Below are positions 10,755 to 25,800 of a DNA stretch of 64,000 bases, piece after piece (the first letter of the stretch is position 1; each line of letters begins with the position of its first letter). The notes under the pieces are model-generated. The model was not told the DNA's origin. It saw only the letters and a list, made by a program, of their open reading frames with translations, and did not search any database. The DNA lies in assembly GCA_036785375.1 (NCBI GenBank), contig JAWMAR010000045.1, forward strand, positions 6,138,001 through 6,202,000, given 5' to 3'. The stretch comes from Leucoraja ocellata (Eukaryota). The translations under genes and the position numbers were made by a program.

Positions 10755-13700
10755 GAAATCCCTTTGCTTGATATTATATGCACAGTGCTCTTGAAACAAT
10801 TTAAATTAATTTGGATATTGAAGTTTTCAGTTGGGTGACAATGGTCAAAATTTGATCTGTTGCACAGAAATCATGGACTTGGTGGTAGCGTTGATGTGTG
10901 GGAGTTAGTGACGAGCTAATAAAGGACCTACGTAAGTTAAAGAAAATGAACAAAACCTGCTCGGGTTAGATTCTTCAAATTGGCCTTGGTCTCTCACCAG
11001 AATGATCCCTAACGAAGTAGCAATGTTCCAGGAAAGATGCACCTTTGATCAATTTGACCTAATTTCCTGGGTTTCCCTCCAGGGTGAATAACTTCATCCC
11101 ATGGGGCATTGATGTGGAATTTGGGTAATTGGTGAGAGGGTGAATTGCTACTAGAAATAATTAATTACATTTACAGAATGATGTTATTTGTAAGGAAATA
11201 GTTGCAGTTGTGTTCCACTCTGGACTTTCAGGCATGAAGTTCTGCACAAACAGGGCCAACAGTCTGAAGTTCAAGACAATCGTCCTTTGCCTCTTGATCT
11301 GTGACAGTGTTCTCATTTTGTATTTTTTCATTATTTTAGAACTATTTTTATCAACATTATATTAATGTAACAACTTTTTCTCTTTCTAAATATCCCACTA
11401 GGTTTCAACTGTTGTATGAGTATATAACTCATCAGAAATTTTGGTCTTTTTATGGTAGATTTACCTCCCTATAACCAATGTGATTTAAAATCTTAATTTG
11501 TTCTTATACCTGATAAAATACTCCAGATTTATCAGAGAAAGCAGAGAAATTGCTTTAGTTTTATAGTGTAAGAATCGCATACATTTGCTGACTTGTCGGA
11601 AACTGATCATGTATTTCAACACTGGTATCTTTTCCCGGTGCTCTATTGTTTGTAGAGATTGAATTTCTACACTAGGAGATGATGGGAGAAGGGCAACGGT
11701 ATTTCAGAATGTTGTTGTCTGAGATAGTATTTTCTTTTACATTTTGTTCTTTTGTGGCTTAATGCCGTTAACCCTGATATTTCTTGAAGCCCTGGCCTCG
11801 ACTTGGCTCCCTGCTGTTGTTCCACTTGGAGAGAGCTATAAAATGGCACCATCAAAGTCTGGTAAATATTGACTGTGTCTCGGAGCTTTGACCGCTGTGG
11901 AATCGCCAAATTAAAAGCTGCTGCTGTTCTTCGTTGGGCCTGTGCTCTATAACTGCCACCAGAGCCTGTGTGTGTATGTGCGTGTGTTAAAAGCTGAGAA
12001 TCGGCAGAAAAATAATACAAGGCAAGGCAGTGAGAGTGGGAATTAAAAAAGGCAATGCATTGGAATTTGTAAATACTTGATTTGAAGGAAAGTAAAACCC
12101 GCAAACCTGTACAGAATTATAGAACCTTTCACAAAGTCGGGATTTATAAATGGGGGAGCTAAATGTCTTGTTTAACATTTCCCCTTTTTATTTTATTAAC
12201 GGGGTTCTAAACATGTAGCCTGGTTATTTGCTATATTCAGCCTGGTTAGAAAGGTTTGGCTAAATTTAAAGTATCATCAGTTAGTTTTCATTGGCATAAA
12301 TGGGAATACTTTTGTGATGTACCTTTTACTAATTTTCTTTAGAAAGGTGAATTATATTATTGGTGCATTTCCATTAAATTGAAGTGGTGGAGTAACATTA
12401 TTTTGCATGGCATTTGCCGTGGTCTGGTGAGGAGATTTAAATGTAAATAAAGTGTTCAATCAGGATGTCATGTTCTACGGCCAATTCTGCTGCTGATTCA
12501 ATGGAGTACTGAGGCTTGCTTGCTACCAATTTAATAATATCCTATACTATGGAAGTTTTTGCAGCTCATTCCAATTTGGTGGGCTTCAAAGTATGATTTG
12601 TTTCAGTTAATTGTTCTATTGAAGCTGTATATGATCGATCTCATGAGAGTTGGTACTTGAGAGCTAGCTGAACAGATACTGCAATTGAAAAGACACAAAA
12701 TACAAGGGCCTTGTTGGATTTGGAGCTGGATAGTCACAAATCTATTGGATAACAATTCAAGGGCATGTGAACAAGCAAGTGATTTTATAGCTATTTCCTT
12801 ATCTTTCAGCTTTGAATAAGCTTGCTAATGAGCATTTATTTAATAGATGAAAAGACAGTTTCCTGCAAATTTAATTTGGGTGCATCGGAAAAATTGGCCG
12901 TGTTATCCCATGTTTGTTGTAATGTCAAGACGAACCCTCTAGAAGTCCATAGGAGATGGTAGCTTTACACAGCAAGATGACGAGTACAGAGTGATTGTTT
13001 GCGGTGTTTTATGCAGCGGGCCATGCTCTTTCCTTTTGGCATCTCTATTTTAATAAATAAATGTTTTGTTAATTTAAAAGAAAACTGAGGGAATAGCTAT
13101 TGATATTTCCAACATCATGAATACATGGAAGCATGATGCTTCTTTTGTTACAGGATTAGAAACAAATCCGCTTCATCTTTTGCTCAATATATTTGATTCA
13201 GAGCAAATATATTTAGTGGTACTGTAACTATGTAGAATTCCTTATTGCCCACCTCGGTTGTTCAAAATAGTGTTGACATGTGGCTGTTCAATACTGAATA
13301 TATCCCGGTGTATTGACTAATCTTTTGATTGTTTGCTATGCAGTAATTACTTTGTTTTAAAATATTTATTCAAGCATCTTTAAACTTGCCTTGCTGAGCT
13401 TGCTTGCTGTGCTTTTTTTAACTTGATGTGAGTTGTTTCCTGTACAAACAAACTCTGCCTCTAGAAAGTGGTACCAGTAAAATTTAGAAGTTTTGCTATG
13501 ATCATAATAAAAGCTATAATTTGTCTTCATTGCCAACTTTTGCAGCAAACATAACCCCTGTAAAATGTCATAGTTTATTCCTGCAAAGCTTTCTTTTCAT
13601 TTTTTTTACTCCTGCAGAAAATGTCCTGCATGTATTTTCTCCTGCCTACTTCCTCAGAATTAAAAACCAATTGCATAGTACCTTACACAAACCTATTTCA

Positions 13701-16700
13701 ATTATGGATTTTGAAACGGCATGTTTTTGGACTCAATAATCCTCCCTTCCATCGTGTACTTAAAACCTAAACTTGTCGTTGCAGAATCCCAGTTTCCCGA
13801 TTCATCCCGTCTTTCGATTTTATTCGGTTGCACCGGATATTTTGCCTTAAGGAACTGAGTTTTTCTGTTGTTTTCTCCATAAGTGAGAACATTTTAATTT
13901 TGTTAATTGAAAGGAATATGTTTACCAATGTACGTGAATCCACGGTGTCAGTTGGCTCTTTAATTTATGTATTTGCAAATATTGAACCAGCAATAGAATT
14001 GCCATTTGTACCTAAGGGTGAACAGGTTTAGTTTGATCATATCTGTGACACATCTGTTGCAACATGAGCTAACATGATTTGGAGTTCATATGTTTGAAAT
14101 AAATAGGTCACATCTAATTCTGATTGATCTTGGATATTTTACTTCGTAAGTCCTAATGCCTCACTTATGCTGCAGCTGCAGATTTGTATTTGATGTGAAT
14201 TACAGCTGAATCGCAACAAGCGGAAGAGTGTGAAGGCTGCAGAGGGATTTGCGCCAATCATGGTTTGCAATATAAGCTTTACCCTCTGAGTTTGAAAAGT
14301 CTCAAGCAGGCATCAGTAGCTGGTGCACATCGTGATTTTTTTTTTTTTATAGCAGGAGATAGCTTAATATTTCCTGAAAATAATTCAGCACCGTTGTAGT
14401 TATTCAGCTGTGAAAGCTTTGGCAGTGTAAATTCCCCAGTGCGTTTACTGGATAGCTGCACAACGTGGTAGAATCTTGGGCCTGGTCTCCAGTTTGCAGC
14501 TAATTTGCTGATCTTGGGTTAGAAACATTGGAATCAGATGGGGTACAGCATGTTTAGTGGGTTACGTTAAAATAAGAGTTCGGATTCACTACCTATCCAC
14601 CTCTATAACAGAAAGGGTGACAGGTACTCGGCTCACAGAAGAAAAATCTTAGAGAAATGTATAGAATAATGTATTCTGCTCGACTTATTTCAGAGATGCG
14701 GCAACAATCGGCGAGGGTTTTAGATGGTAGGCGTAGGAGAGGGGATTGTTATGCTATTTCCCGTGTGAATATTAGGCAAACATTTGACGATTGGCTTCTG
14801 TTTGTTAAAGAACCTATGTATTTTAATAAAAATGGGTTATTTTTTAGTAAACCCAAGCTGTTAATTGAAAATCCATTGCACAACCATTAGGGGCCCGTGC
14901 ATGTAAATGTCTTTAAGATTGCAAAAGGTGCCAGAGGTGCTGCAGTTTCTCTGAGCTTCTTCCATTATGGAAAAAGGTGGATGATTGCAAATCTTTAGAT
15001 GTTAATTTATTGCAGATGAATTAAACCCTCCTCCCTTCCTGCACCACAATACCCTATGACAGCGAGGAAGACAATGGAAAAAATCTCTATCTCCCTATAG
15101 TGCAAATTAGAAAGTGCCGCGGCCATTTTAAATTTATACACAGCACCATGAATGTATTCCAGTTTTTAATTTTTTAATCTGCACCTTGTGAGACATATTA
15201 AATGTTTTTACATTGTTTACATACTTTGAAAAGAGTCGTTATTGCTTTGGTATTGTAATATATTATAAAATTACAGGTTTTAGTGTAGCATTACTTCATT
15301 AATGCAGCTTCATATCCAGGTATATAAATACAATTTTTTGTACTGATGAAATAGTTTTTTTTGCACTGAAATTTGTTTGATCATTTCTAAAACAGAGAGA
15401 CATTGTAGATATCTGTGACCCTTACTGTGCCTATAACTGCAATCATATTGCAGGTTCTCAGTATCCAATAGCTTTACGCCGCAATATTAATTATTCGAGA
15501 TGTTGTGGTTAGGCACCCATTTTCTCACCTCTATCGAGTCTTGTGCCTGGCATTTCTCAGGAGTGTGCATCTCCAGTGGCCCCAAAGATCTCGTATCTTT
15601 CGGCTTTTAATACTTGAATCATTTTAGTCTAACCTCCCCAAGTTTAAAGAAAAAATGTTATGATTATTCGTAGGAGAAAAATATTAGCAGACCATCTGTT
15701 TATGCGGCTACGAAGGTTTCTGCATTGTGTACAATTACTATTCAAAGTTGAACGATACGATACAAACATATTCTGGAGGAAGAATTAGTTATCTGTTGTA
15801 TATGCTAAATGCATTAGGAAGTAGCATATGCAGGTTGTACTCTGACTTTAGTAGAACCAGTTTACACAGAAGTGGAACCAGATTTCAGAAGCGGAATTCT
15901 ACAAACGTGTGCAGCGTTCCTATTGCAATCAATAATCAAAGATTTTTTTTTCTCCTTCTTTCAGTATGTATGACAAATTAAATCGATTGCACAAAGAACA
16001 CAATTTGACCAATCCAATTCATTTGGTTGCAAATTTACAATCCTAAGGAGAGCAATGAAGGATTTAGAAAGGCACCTTATCATTGTCCTGAGTACAAAAC
16101 CCTTCTGTTAAGATCTTTCAGCTAACTTCTTCACTTAAATATCCAGGGGGCAAACTGGCCATTCTTATTAATCGGCTTAAAACTAATGAGATGAATGGAT
16201 CTTAAGCAGGACCTCAAACTGTCCCAAGGCCTCCTCATCAGCAGTTTTGAAGAGATTGTGAGAGAAGGAGGCCAGTTTGTGTGTATGTAGAGGGGGGTGG
16301 GAAAAGTGGATCAGACTTCAGAGAAAAGCTAGCTCTTGTTTTCCTAAGATGTCAACACATTCTCAGGTTTACCTCGGGTATTAGGCAGCCCCCTCCCTGT
16401 TCAATCATGTGCTGACGAGGCCTGAGAAACAATGAAAGAAGGAATTAGTTTGCTTTTTTAGGGCGGAAAATACCATGGGAAAAGCAGGAAAGACTGAGCT
16501 GGTTACTGGGGACTTAGCCGTTGACTTGCCATCAGTAAAGTCTATTTGAATAACCTACCCCTTTAGCCTTTAGTTTCCCCCTTTGTCCACTCCAGTTCAT
16601 AAATGGTAGCAGCTGGAGATTTTATTCATATAAGCGGTTGCTTAATATCCATGAAGATCTCTAACTGGGTCAGAAGAGCAATAGGATTTTATTTTTTTTG

Positions 16701-17684
16701 TGGGGTTTTTCTTTGCCCCACATCTAGTAAAGGCCAAAGCTCCAAATGTTCCTTTTCAATCCAAAACTACTCACCTTTTGTGTGCTCTGTGCTTTGTCTT
16801 TATCACATTCTTTTATTAACAGACAGACGATACAAACCACATTTTCTTCACAGAGGCTTGAAAAGTCCTTGAGCCCTCAGAGGATTAATAAGCTGGAGTG
16901 CTTGAAGTACTTGTTCTGGTGCTGTGCGAGTAGCTGGACTTAGTGCAGTGGAGGTGATGGCAGCTGGAAGTCAGAACCATTTCAGCCCACCATATGCTTA
17001 TGGGTTAAGCTAGTCACAACAAAAGAAAACATGTCACCCTGTGGAGATAGAGCATTTATAGATTGTATATACAGGACCCTTCTGTACTGTTCCATTGCAG
17101 TGGGCATATTTTCCCAATATGTCGATGCATAGGGTGTTGGATCTTAACGTTATATTGTGCAAATATGGGTTTGATAAATTGCAGCAACATATTGTGAAAG
17201 TACGCCGGTGATGCAGCAGAACAATATATTGTGTAGGTGCATCTACGATAGATCATAACACTACATTGTGTAAGTGACCCACGGCAGCCTACCGTGTAGA
17301 TTACAACATAACAGGGTTGTAACTGCACCAATGACCAATTGCAATTCGACAATGGACAGATGCATCAGTCCAATGTGCACTCTGACTAAGATCACACACA
17401 TGTGAAGTTACACCACTGACAGATCATAATATCACCCCATGTAGATACTCTGGTGAAAGAGCAAAACACCACACAGTACGTGGCAGATCATTTGGCACAA
17501 TATATAGATGCCATAAGAAAGGACGAACTTGCATTTCAATTGCATCTTTCTCAACCAGTAAATAACCTTTAATTATGATGTGACGAATGTCGTAGGGAAA
17601 TACCAATTTGTGTACAGGAAGGCTGTACAAACAGCAATAAACTTCAGGTGACCATCTTATCTAATTTTGATGGGGGAATTAAAA

Positions 17685-17928
17685 ATTGAGCAGAGCACTA
17701 GGAAAGCTCCCTCTGCCACACTTTAAACACGGCATTATGATCCTGCACATGAAACTACGAGGGCAGAAGTGACCTTGACTAACTAAAGGTCACATTTGAA
17801 AGTTATAATCTCCAAAAATACAGTGTTCTGTCAGGACTGCAACGAATAGTCAACCTGGATAACGTGCTCGGGTCATTAGAGTGGATCACACAACCTTCTG
17901 TCCCAAAGTAAGGAGGGCCACCACTGAA
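17685..17928 (-). mobile_element. Ancient Deu-domain SINE (SacSINE1/AmnSINE1-related), tRNA head plus Deu domain
   Basis: Collinear degenerate match to the reverse-strand consensus: GAGGGCAGA..TCAGGACTGCA..GTCAACCTGGAT..GTGCTC..GAGTGGA..CACAACCTTCTG..CCACTGA. Confidence 0.65.
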
Positions 17929-19552
17929 TTTTGTCTTGCAATAGAAAGGATTATGTTATTAGACTATATGGGTACATTATCACAGTGAAATTGTAGATTT
18001 GTTTATTAATCGCCATCATCGATGTAAAATAGTTTCAGAATTGCACTGATGCAACAATGGTTATTTAATCAATTATACTTAGATCCAAACCTCCCTTAAA
18101 TCATTGCTCTTCATTAGCATTAACACCAACTGACTGCACTTGATTTTAAAATCGGCTGAAGAGTTCATTGTATGCCCTAGGTCAATAGAAGAAATATGTT
18201 TGAATTAATTTAATTGTGCTCGTGTTTTAGGTCATGTTTATTGTTGAGGTTGTTACACAATGCATCTAATATTGTAATCCATGCCTCATCATATATACAG
18301 ATATTGATCTTATTCTGACTTCTTAGCTGCTTTAGATATCCAAATGATAACATGGTGTTTCTTAAAAACTTTAAATTACCTGTAAAAAGATTACCGGTAG
18401 CTAGTAAGATTGACCGAATTTGATCTGAATTATTTTAACACAATTCAGAGTGAGCAGTCTAGCTTACAGTTCAGTCTATAATGTAATTTTTTGAGCAATT
18501 TAATTAATTTTGTTCAATCTTAAAGTCAATTGCATGTCTGTTAGAAATGTTAATTTATATTCCATTTAATCGGAACTTCTGTGGTGGTGTTGGCGTATCC
18601 ATAATGTGCAAACATGTGGACGCTGTATCACTGCTTAAGAAAAATTATATTCAGTGGAAATCCATCCAGTGAAAAGTCTGAGGATTTATCTGGCATAATG
18701 TTTTTAATTTCAACTGTTTTTTTAAAATAAAAACTGAGAAAAGGTTCGCTGGAAAGAAGTCCTATTGGAAAAAATCTTGTCTTCAGATTTTTCCACATCT
18801 GATAAACTGGCAGTAAATGTCGAACATGCAGAATATGGAATTTTGCTTTAAGAATGTTCCACATGGCATTCAAAATATGAACGTAGATTACTAATCAATT
18901 TTGGTACACACAGAGTAAAAATGTCTTTTTTTTTTAAATCGCCACTGGAACTGAACAAAAAACAAAAACGAGAAAAAGGTCAAGTAATAAGGATTTTGCA
19001 GAATCTATTGCTCGTTGTTACATGTAAGATTATGCTTGTACATGTTGGGAAATTGTCTTAATATACTGATATTAATTTAGATGAAAGTAGCTCTTTGCTA
19101 TTAATTTAAAGAATTCTTTTTTAAAAAAAAACAATAACTACTATATCTAGGAAAGTCGTAGTTGCAGTGATTTACAGATTTAAATAATGATTACTTCTGC
19201 TTGAATAAGTCTTTTGCTATGGAAGCAATGTTCTGCAGACATGAATATACAATCAGTTCATATATGCATAATAATACATACATTTGACTGCTGACTGTTC
19301 CAGTTATCAACGAATTAAACATTTATTTAATTGTCAACAAAGGCTTCAACCAAAGCTGGATTCACTATTTGTATATTTGTAAATATTAGGTGGAAAATTA
19401 CAGAATTCAGAATCCAGGTTATCCTTCACTGACCTGTTTATAAAGTTTGCGGTCATTTTAATTTAGGTTATAGAGAATATTATTTATTTTGATCCTCTTC
19501 AAAGCCTAAAGCAGTAAATATTTCAATGTTTGCCGTGCCGTAGTAGTAGTTC

Positions 19553-19878
19553 ATTGCAGTACTGAGGGACCGTATTTCGGGTGGGGAAATAAATTGAGCG
19601 TCTGATTAATTTTATTTTAGTTGAATGTTAAAGATCCCAGAGCTTCTCTTTGTGGAAGAAAAGGGAAGTTATTCCTGATGCCTTTGCCAATGATCATCCC
19701 TTATTCAGTGTCACTCAGCAGTTTATCTTGTATCACACATTCAGTGTTTGTGGGAGCCTGCTCTTCACAATTTTTTGGCTGTGGCATTACAACACCGACT
19801 ACATTTGAAAGTACTTCATTAGTTTTGTAATGCATTGAAAGGGCTGTGAAATATGCTATATTATTACGTACTTTTTAT
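19553..19878 (+). mobile_element. Ancient Deu-domain SINE (SacSINE1/AmnSINE1-related) with L2-type tail
   Basis: TGCAGTACTGAGGGA..AAAGATCCCA..GAAGAA..TGTTTGTGGGAGCCTGCT..CATTACAACA.CGACTACA..AAAGTACTTCATT..GCTATAT, collinear with the Deu-SINE consensus. Confidence 0.75.
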
Positions 19879-22800
19879 ATACTACTTCAAAGTTACACCT
19901 TCCTTGTATAGGATTTTTTAGAGAGGCCAACACATTTTAAAGAAACCAGTATATTTTAGATTTTCCATTTCCGTACGACATTTTCTAAATTTTTGCCTGG
20001 ACTTTGGCTTGAATTGTGTCAGAAGAAAGATTCAAATTTCACACCAGGAAATATGTTACAATCTGTATTTTATTGCCAATAAAAAAATATGAAAATTCCC
20101 TGTGAGCTGGTGTTAAGCAGGACATGCAAATTTCACATGGACAGTATAGGAGTTTTTGAGGAAATTGTACTTCCTTTATTTCACAATAATATTTGGTTCC
20201 TTTTATATAAAAATACCATGTCAATTACAGATTGCCTTTAATGAATGTTTAAATTATCCCACAAAATTATTCATTGTGGACATTTTAGAATATTGCATTG
20301 TTTAGACGATGAGAATATTTTTTATTTTTGATGGTTGAATGGGAGGGAAATGCATTTGTGTTTCTATGATGCTTTCATTTTTTTTTTAATTTCCTACAGT
20401 ATGAATTAGCCAAAGTTACCACCTCTGTATTATCCATATTTTTGCAGTTAAATTATTTTTCGTATAATGGTTAAATTCTAATTGAGGTAATCAAAAATAA
20501 ACTTTGAAATCTATTCAAGTGCAGATAAAATTGTCTTTCTCTCCCAAGGCATAACAGTTTGCATAAAGCAATGATAGAAAATGTTGAGGTATATATATAA
20601 AGAGATGTTAATTTTGGGTTTAGCCCATTTAAAAGAATCCTAGCTCTATTGATAGGTCTATAGTATAACAATTAAACCTATAATTTCCTTTACAAAGGCC
20701 AATAATTCTGCAATGTTTTATCCACTATGGTTTAAAGGAACGAAAGAAGATGAGAGCATTTGTAAAAAGATCAGGTTAGCTTTTTGGGTATAAACCATTT
20801 AACAGATTTCCAGTTTGTTTTAAAGTTCCCAACTAGAATAATTAATCAACAAAGCCATTACAAATGTTATCAAATGTACCCCCCCAATGCATTTCTAGAA
20901 TTATCTGATCTTTTTAATAGTACAATATTTATACAGAAATAGAATGTGAGGAGGTGAGCTTGTAATTTTCTTAAATTGTCTGAGAAACATATTGTGGTAT
21001 TTAAGATCCAGCATAGAATTCTAATTCTATGCATTGGTTTGTACATTTCCTGGATATTTAACCACATGGCATGTGATTGGTTATCTGCTACAAAACAACC
21101 TCGGAACTATAATTTTTGCTCCATTACAAGGATTTTTATCGAAATTGTTGAGCTTTTCTAGGATGAAAATAGGAGCAGAATACACATTCTCGCATCATGG
21201 GGACCGTTCAACAAACCTTGCACTTGTCAAAAGGAGAGGTAGCTAATTTTACGTTGATTGCTTAAAACATGATGTTACAGATGCTGCGATGATACTCTGA
21301 TGCTATTAATCTTTTTATGAATTTGAAATGTTCATGCAAATGTATCTATTCACTTTGTAACCTCTAAAGAGATGGAATAATTTTAAGTACTTTTACTTTC
21401 TGTGGTAGCGTGAGAAAAACTTGTATTAAAATTTTGTAACTACACAGGATGACCTTAGCGCAGGATAAAAAAAATCTGAGAACTGGTCAGTAACACGCAA
21501 GCTTCCCATTAGCTTCAGTGACGTGACTGCAGCTGCATTTCACAAGTCTGGGGAGACTTGAGGATCTTGTGATGTTGGCACGGGATTAACTTTTTGCCTC
21601 TTAACAAAGAAAGGTGTTGGTGTAGTTTTGACAAATTGCTATGGATGTTCAAAAAGGCTACCGTTATATTTGATCTCCATTTAAGAATGAACCATCTTGG
21701 AGTGATCCTTATGTATATTCCTGGCTCTAAAGTATGAATAGGAATAGATGGGGAAAAGTATATTCTGAAATTCAGCAGTGACAAGAGACTACCGGCTGAA
21801 TAATGCAGCAACTTTGCTGGCTTTAAAGTATACGGGGAGCTGTCAGCACATTAGGAGGAGGAACCTGCCCTGTCGGTACATTACTTGCACTGGGCTAGTA
21901 TCACTGGTAAAAGGAGCATGGCACGCAGGTGTCTAAATTATTTACAATCATAATCATCCTTTATGTTACATCTCAAAGCCATGGCTCTGTTATTCTTTTG
22001 CATAATTGATGGTGTTCAGAACTGGAAGAGTTAGAATAGCAGAAGTAATGTGATGCAAATGTGCAGTGAGGCAGAAAGTCAGTCAGCTGGCATTGCGCTG
22101 CAGTGATGTGGTGGTACAGTAATCACTAGTTTGCGTGCATAAGCCTGTACATGCACAGCTAGAAGTAGAGAAAGGAGCCATCCAAATATAACAGGACCTG
22201 ACACATAACAATGACTGGATGGCAGTCAAATCAGAAGGTATCGGTTCATAGTTACAAACCATCTGTAGTGGAGGAGGCGATGGTTCCAGTAGTGACCATC
22301 CCAATTCTGCTGCCCACATATTTCTGCAACTCTTTTTGTGTAGCCCATAGCTATTCTGAGTTCAGATGAAAATAATAGGTGATTAAAGTTTCATTGATTG
22401 CAAACGAACGCATCTAGATGCTTCAAATCAAGACAAAATACAGTATCATCTTACAAAAAGTTTTTTAAATTTGAGAAGGCATAACCATTTTTTTGTATTT
22501 TTTCCTGCTGCGTTTCTTGCAAGTGTGATCGATGGTGCAGTAAGTTTCTGCTCAAAAAGAAGCTGTGAGCAGATGATCAAAGGTGTAAAGAAACAGCTAT
22601 AAAGATAAATAAAATGGTTCTAGATTCAATATGAATGCTTTTCAGTCTCTAGCTGATGTGGACCTCTGCTTATCAGGAACTCGTTGTGTTCCAAATCTGT
22701 GTTACATTATCAGGTTAAAAACCCTCCATGGAAACCTATAGATTATTATTAACTGTTACAAATTAGGGAATGTTAGGAAGGGACCGAGAACATGAAGGGA

Positions 22801-25800
22801 AGAAAAAACACATCTTATATAAATCGATAATTCTTTACCCAATTGCTAAAAATGTCACAGCAGTCTTTGAGAATCACAAACAGAACCTCGTTGGCGGTTC
22901 CACTTTACAGAGCTGAACATGTGAAGCAAGTTGTTATAAAAAAAGGTATTTGCCACTTTTTTCCACCAAAAGATCCATGTGAAGATGTGACTTAACTACT
23001 GTTCATGAATAAGCCCATTTTACGTTGTAAAATTATTGCACCAAAATATAAAATATAAACATTTTTGAGACATTCATATATTTATTCTTTTTTTTTATTA
23101 CACCATACTTTATTTTGTTGAGTTCCTGCACAAGATATATTGTGGCTTTGGTCGGTCATTGTGAAAAACGGTTGTGCATGACAGTTAGTGGATTGCACCC
23201 TAAAAATGTTCAAATGCCTCATTTGTTTCCCCTTGAAAATGTCAGTATTGATTTGGGGCTTCATAATGCTATTGATTTTGTGCAATTTCCAAAAAAGTAT
23301 TCTATAAATTGCCTGATGTGTTTTAAGTTTGCATTTCAAGACTAGGAAGGATTCGCACAGCCATAGATCAGAATATCTGCAGTTTTCTACATCCTTGACC
23401 ACCACACACCAAAAATCCTCGTCACAATAAATTGCAGTCTTGAGGTTTGAGTGCTGGAGAGTGACAGGAAAGGACAGGTGATAGCTGAACCGTTAGCAGA
23501 GCAACATCCTTATCTCCTCTATAAATGCTTCGATGTGCATGTGTTCTTAGCCTTAAACATCAGGAGTATTTTCTTCAACCTCCTGATACCATTTCCTATA
23601 TAACAGCACGCTTTGATATTGTCTGATGGAACAATCGCAAGCAGTCAAGAAAAATGCCCTTTGGTTGCTCAAGATGAGATTAGTTGGCAGCGCTATCTTA
23701 TTCACTGCCACGGAAAGGAGCCAATGGAACGAAAATTACGAGCATATCTTTGAAAGAATCATGAGGAAAATACAGAAAAATACTCAAAATATAAGCATTC
23801 AGATAGGATTATATTGTCTTAGTTTTTGTTTGGACAACACAGTAAATAATAATCTATGTATGTAATGTATGTATTTTTTTTAAAGGAAGTAAAAATTTCG
23901 AGGATTTTGCTTCCATTATTTACCCTGGAATAATAATGAATTCATTTAGCATACGTGGTAAAGCCTCCCATTAATTTAGAAAAGATGTAATTTGTAAAAT
24001 ATTAATTGTCGACTTAAGCAAATGCAATGAGAAGTGAAACATACCAAATATCTAATTTCAGACTAATTTCAATCTTCTGCTATGCAATGAACAACACAGA
24101 AATAATAGTCCAGTTCTTTGAGGATTTGGGAATGAATTGTCCTAATAGACCATAAAACAGTTTCCTTCTGTTTTTAAATTTCAATTGGCTGAAAACCCAC
24201 TACAGCCCAGCAACCACCACAGACAAGCAGATAATTAAGTTTCAGGGAGGAGGATCTGAGTTGCTGCCATTAATGTGTCACTTTCTGTGCATTCATTTCC
24301 CTATTGCATTTCAGAAAACAGGACTGTGTATGTTTGGGGAGACAGTAGGAGGTTAATGAAAGCACTGATTAATGAATCATTATCTACACGCAGAAAGACT
24401 TGAAATATGTTTTATAATCAAGTTTCTCTGCAATGGGAAATCAAAACCATTCATCTATCAGGGCAGATTAAGCCATTTTAAAATTTGTTTCAGACAGCGC
24501 GATCGATGCGCGAGTTGCCACTTCAACCCATTGGAGCGTTAACATTTCTCGTGCTATAAATTCTTGCTGCGCGCACGCAAGTGGTGGACTGGGAAACATA
24601 CTCAGCCCTGACAGGCTTCAACTCTCAAATTTCAATTAAATCAGGTTTCATTTGACAATATCCCTAACTACAGCACAAAAAAACATATTATTTAATATAC
24701 ACTCTTGTTCTTTTTGCGAAGGAGGGGAGGTAATTTATAATTATCTCATGAACCAAGGCTAGACTGTACCGTGTGTGATGAGCCATTGAAGACTGCCTGC
24801 CTTCTAAGTTAAATGACAAATTATTAGTTACATTTAAACATTTTTATATGATGCATGTAATAAAGTGCTCTCATGTTTTAGCTCATGGTTTTATCTTTCT
24901 AATTTTAAAACAAAATAAACAATAATCATGCAAACATAAATGTAGTAAAATAAGCACACAAAAGGCATTGGTTTTAAAATTAATATAATGACAAACGCAT
25001 AAAGGCAGCACAGTTGTAAAATGGTAAAACTTTAATCCACAAACCATTTTCCTATTATTGTCCTTGTGTGGGGATTTTTTCAGATAATTGTTCACCGGTA
25101 ATCAGTTGAATAATGGTTATACCTTGAGATATAATATGAATATATGTTTACCAAATAATAATGTTCTATGTCAATATACATGTTACATTTGTACAAAAAA
25201 GCAATCCACAGAATAATATTATAGCAGAAAAAATCTGTTCCTACTGTGATTGTTCATCAGTTATCTGATTTGTAGCACTTAAATACTGATTTGGAAATCA
25301 GAAACTGATTTACAGACTGCGTACTAACAGAATTTAATTTTTGAAAACCTTGTTTTGAGGATATTAGGAGAATAAAATTGTTATTTCAGTGGATTAATTA
25401 AATATTATTGAAATCAATTAAAATCTTCTCTGTGCATTTAAGGTATTTAATGTAATGAAAGTAATAATGCAGAGCTGGGAATTTAGAAAGACTGGTTAGG
25501 CAGTTCAGATCAGAGCAAAATAAACTATCAAGCTGCCTTATTCTTTAACGCTAGGTTAACTGAGTTTAACTTTAAGATAAGATGTGGTTTAATTTTGAGT
25601 CAACTCAAATTTCATTTGTTGGAAAAATAACCTTTTCATTAATTTTATTGAAAGAGAATTATAGATTAGTATAAGGCGTGTAGTGAAATGTGTTAAAATA
25701 ATTCATATTGTTTAAACAAAAACTAGTGATTACCGTCGCATTAGCAAAGTGAGACTAAACATTTTATTTTATCAAATACAAAATTACAAAACAATGTATG

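Noticed and set aside
10550-10783. Mirror ORFs on both strands
   Set aside because: Artefact of the microsatellite and palindrome (YIYI/YMYM low complexity).
17060-17640. Possible decayed coding sequence (YTGPFCTVP, EGF-like fragment)
   Set aside because: Multiple stops, no further cysteine pattern and no convincing splice sites; likely chance.
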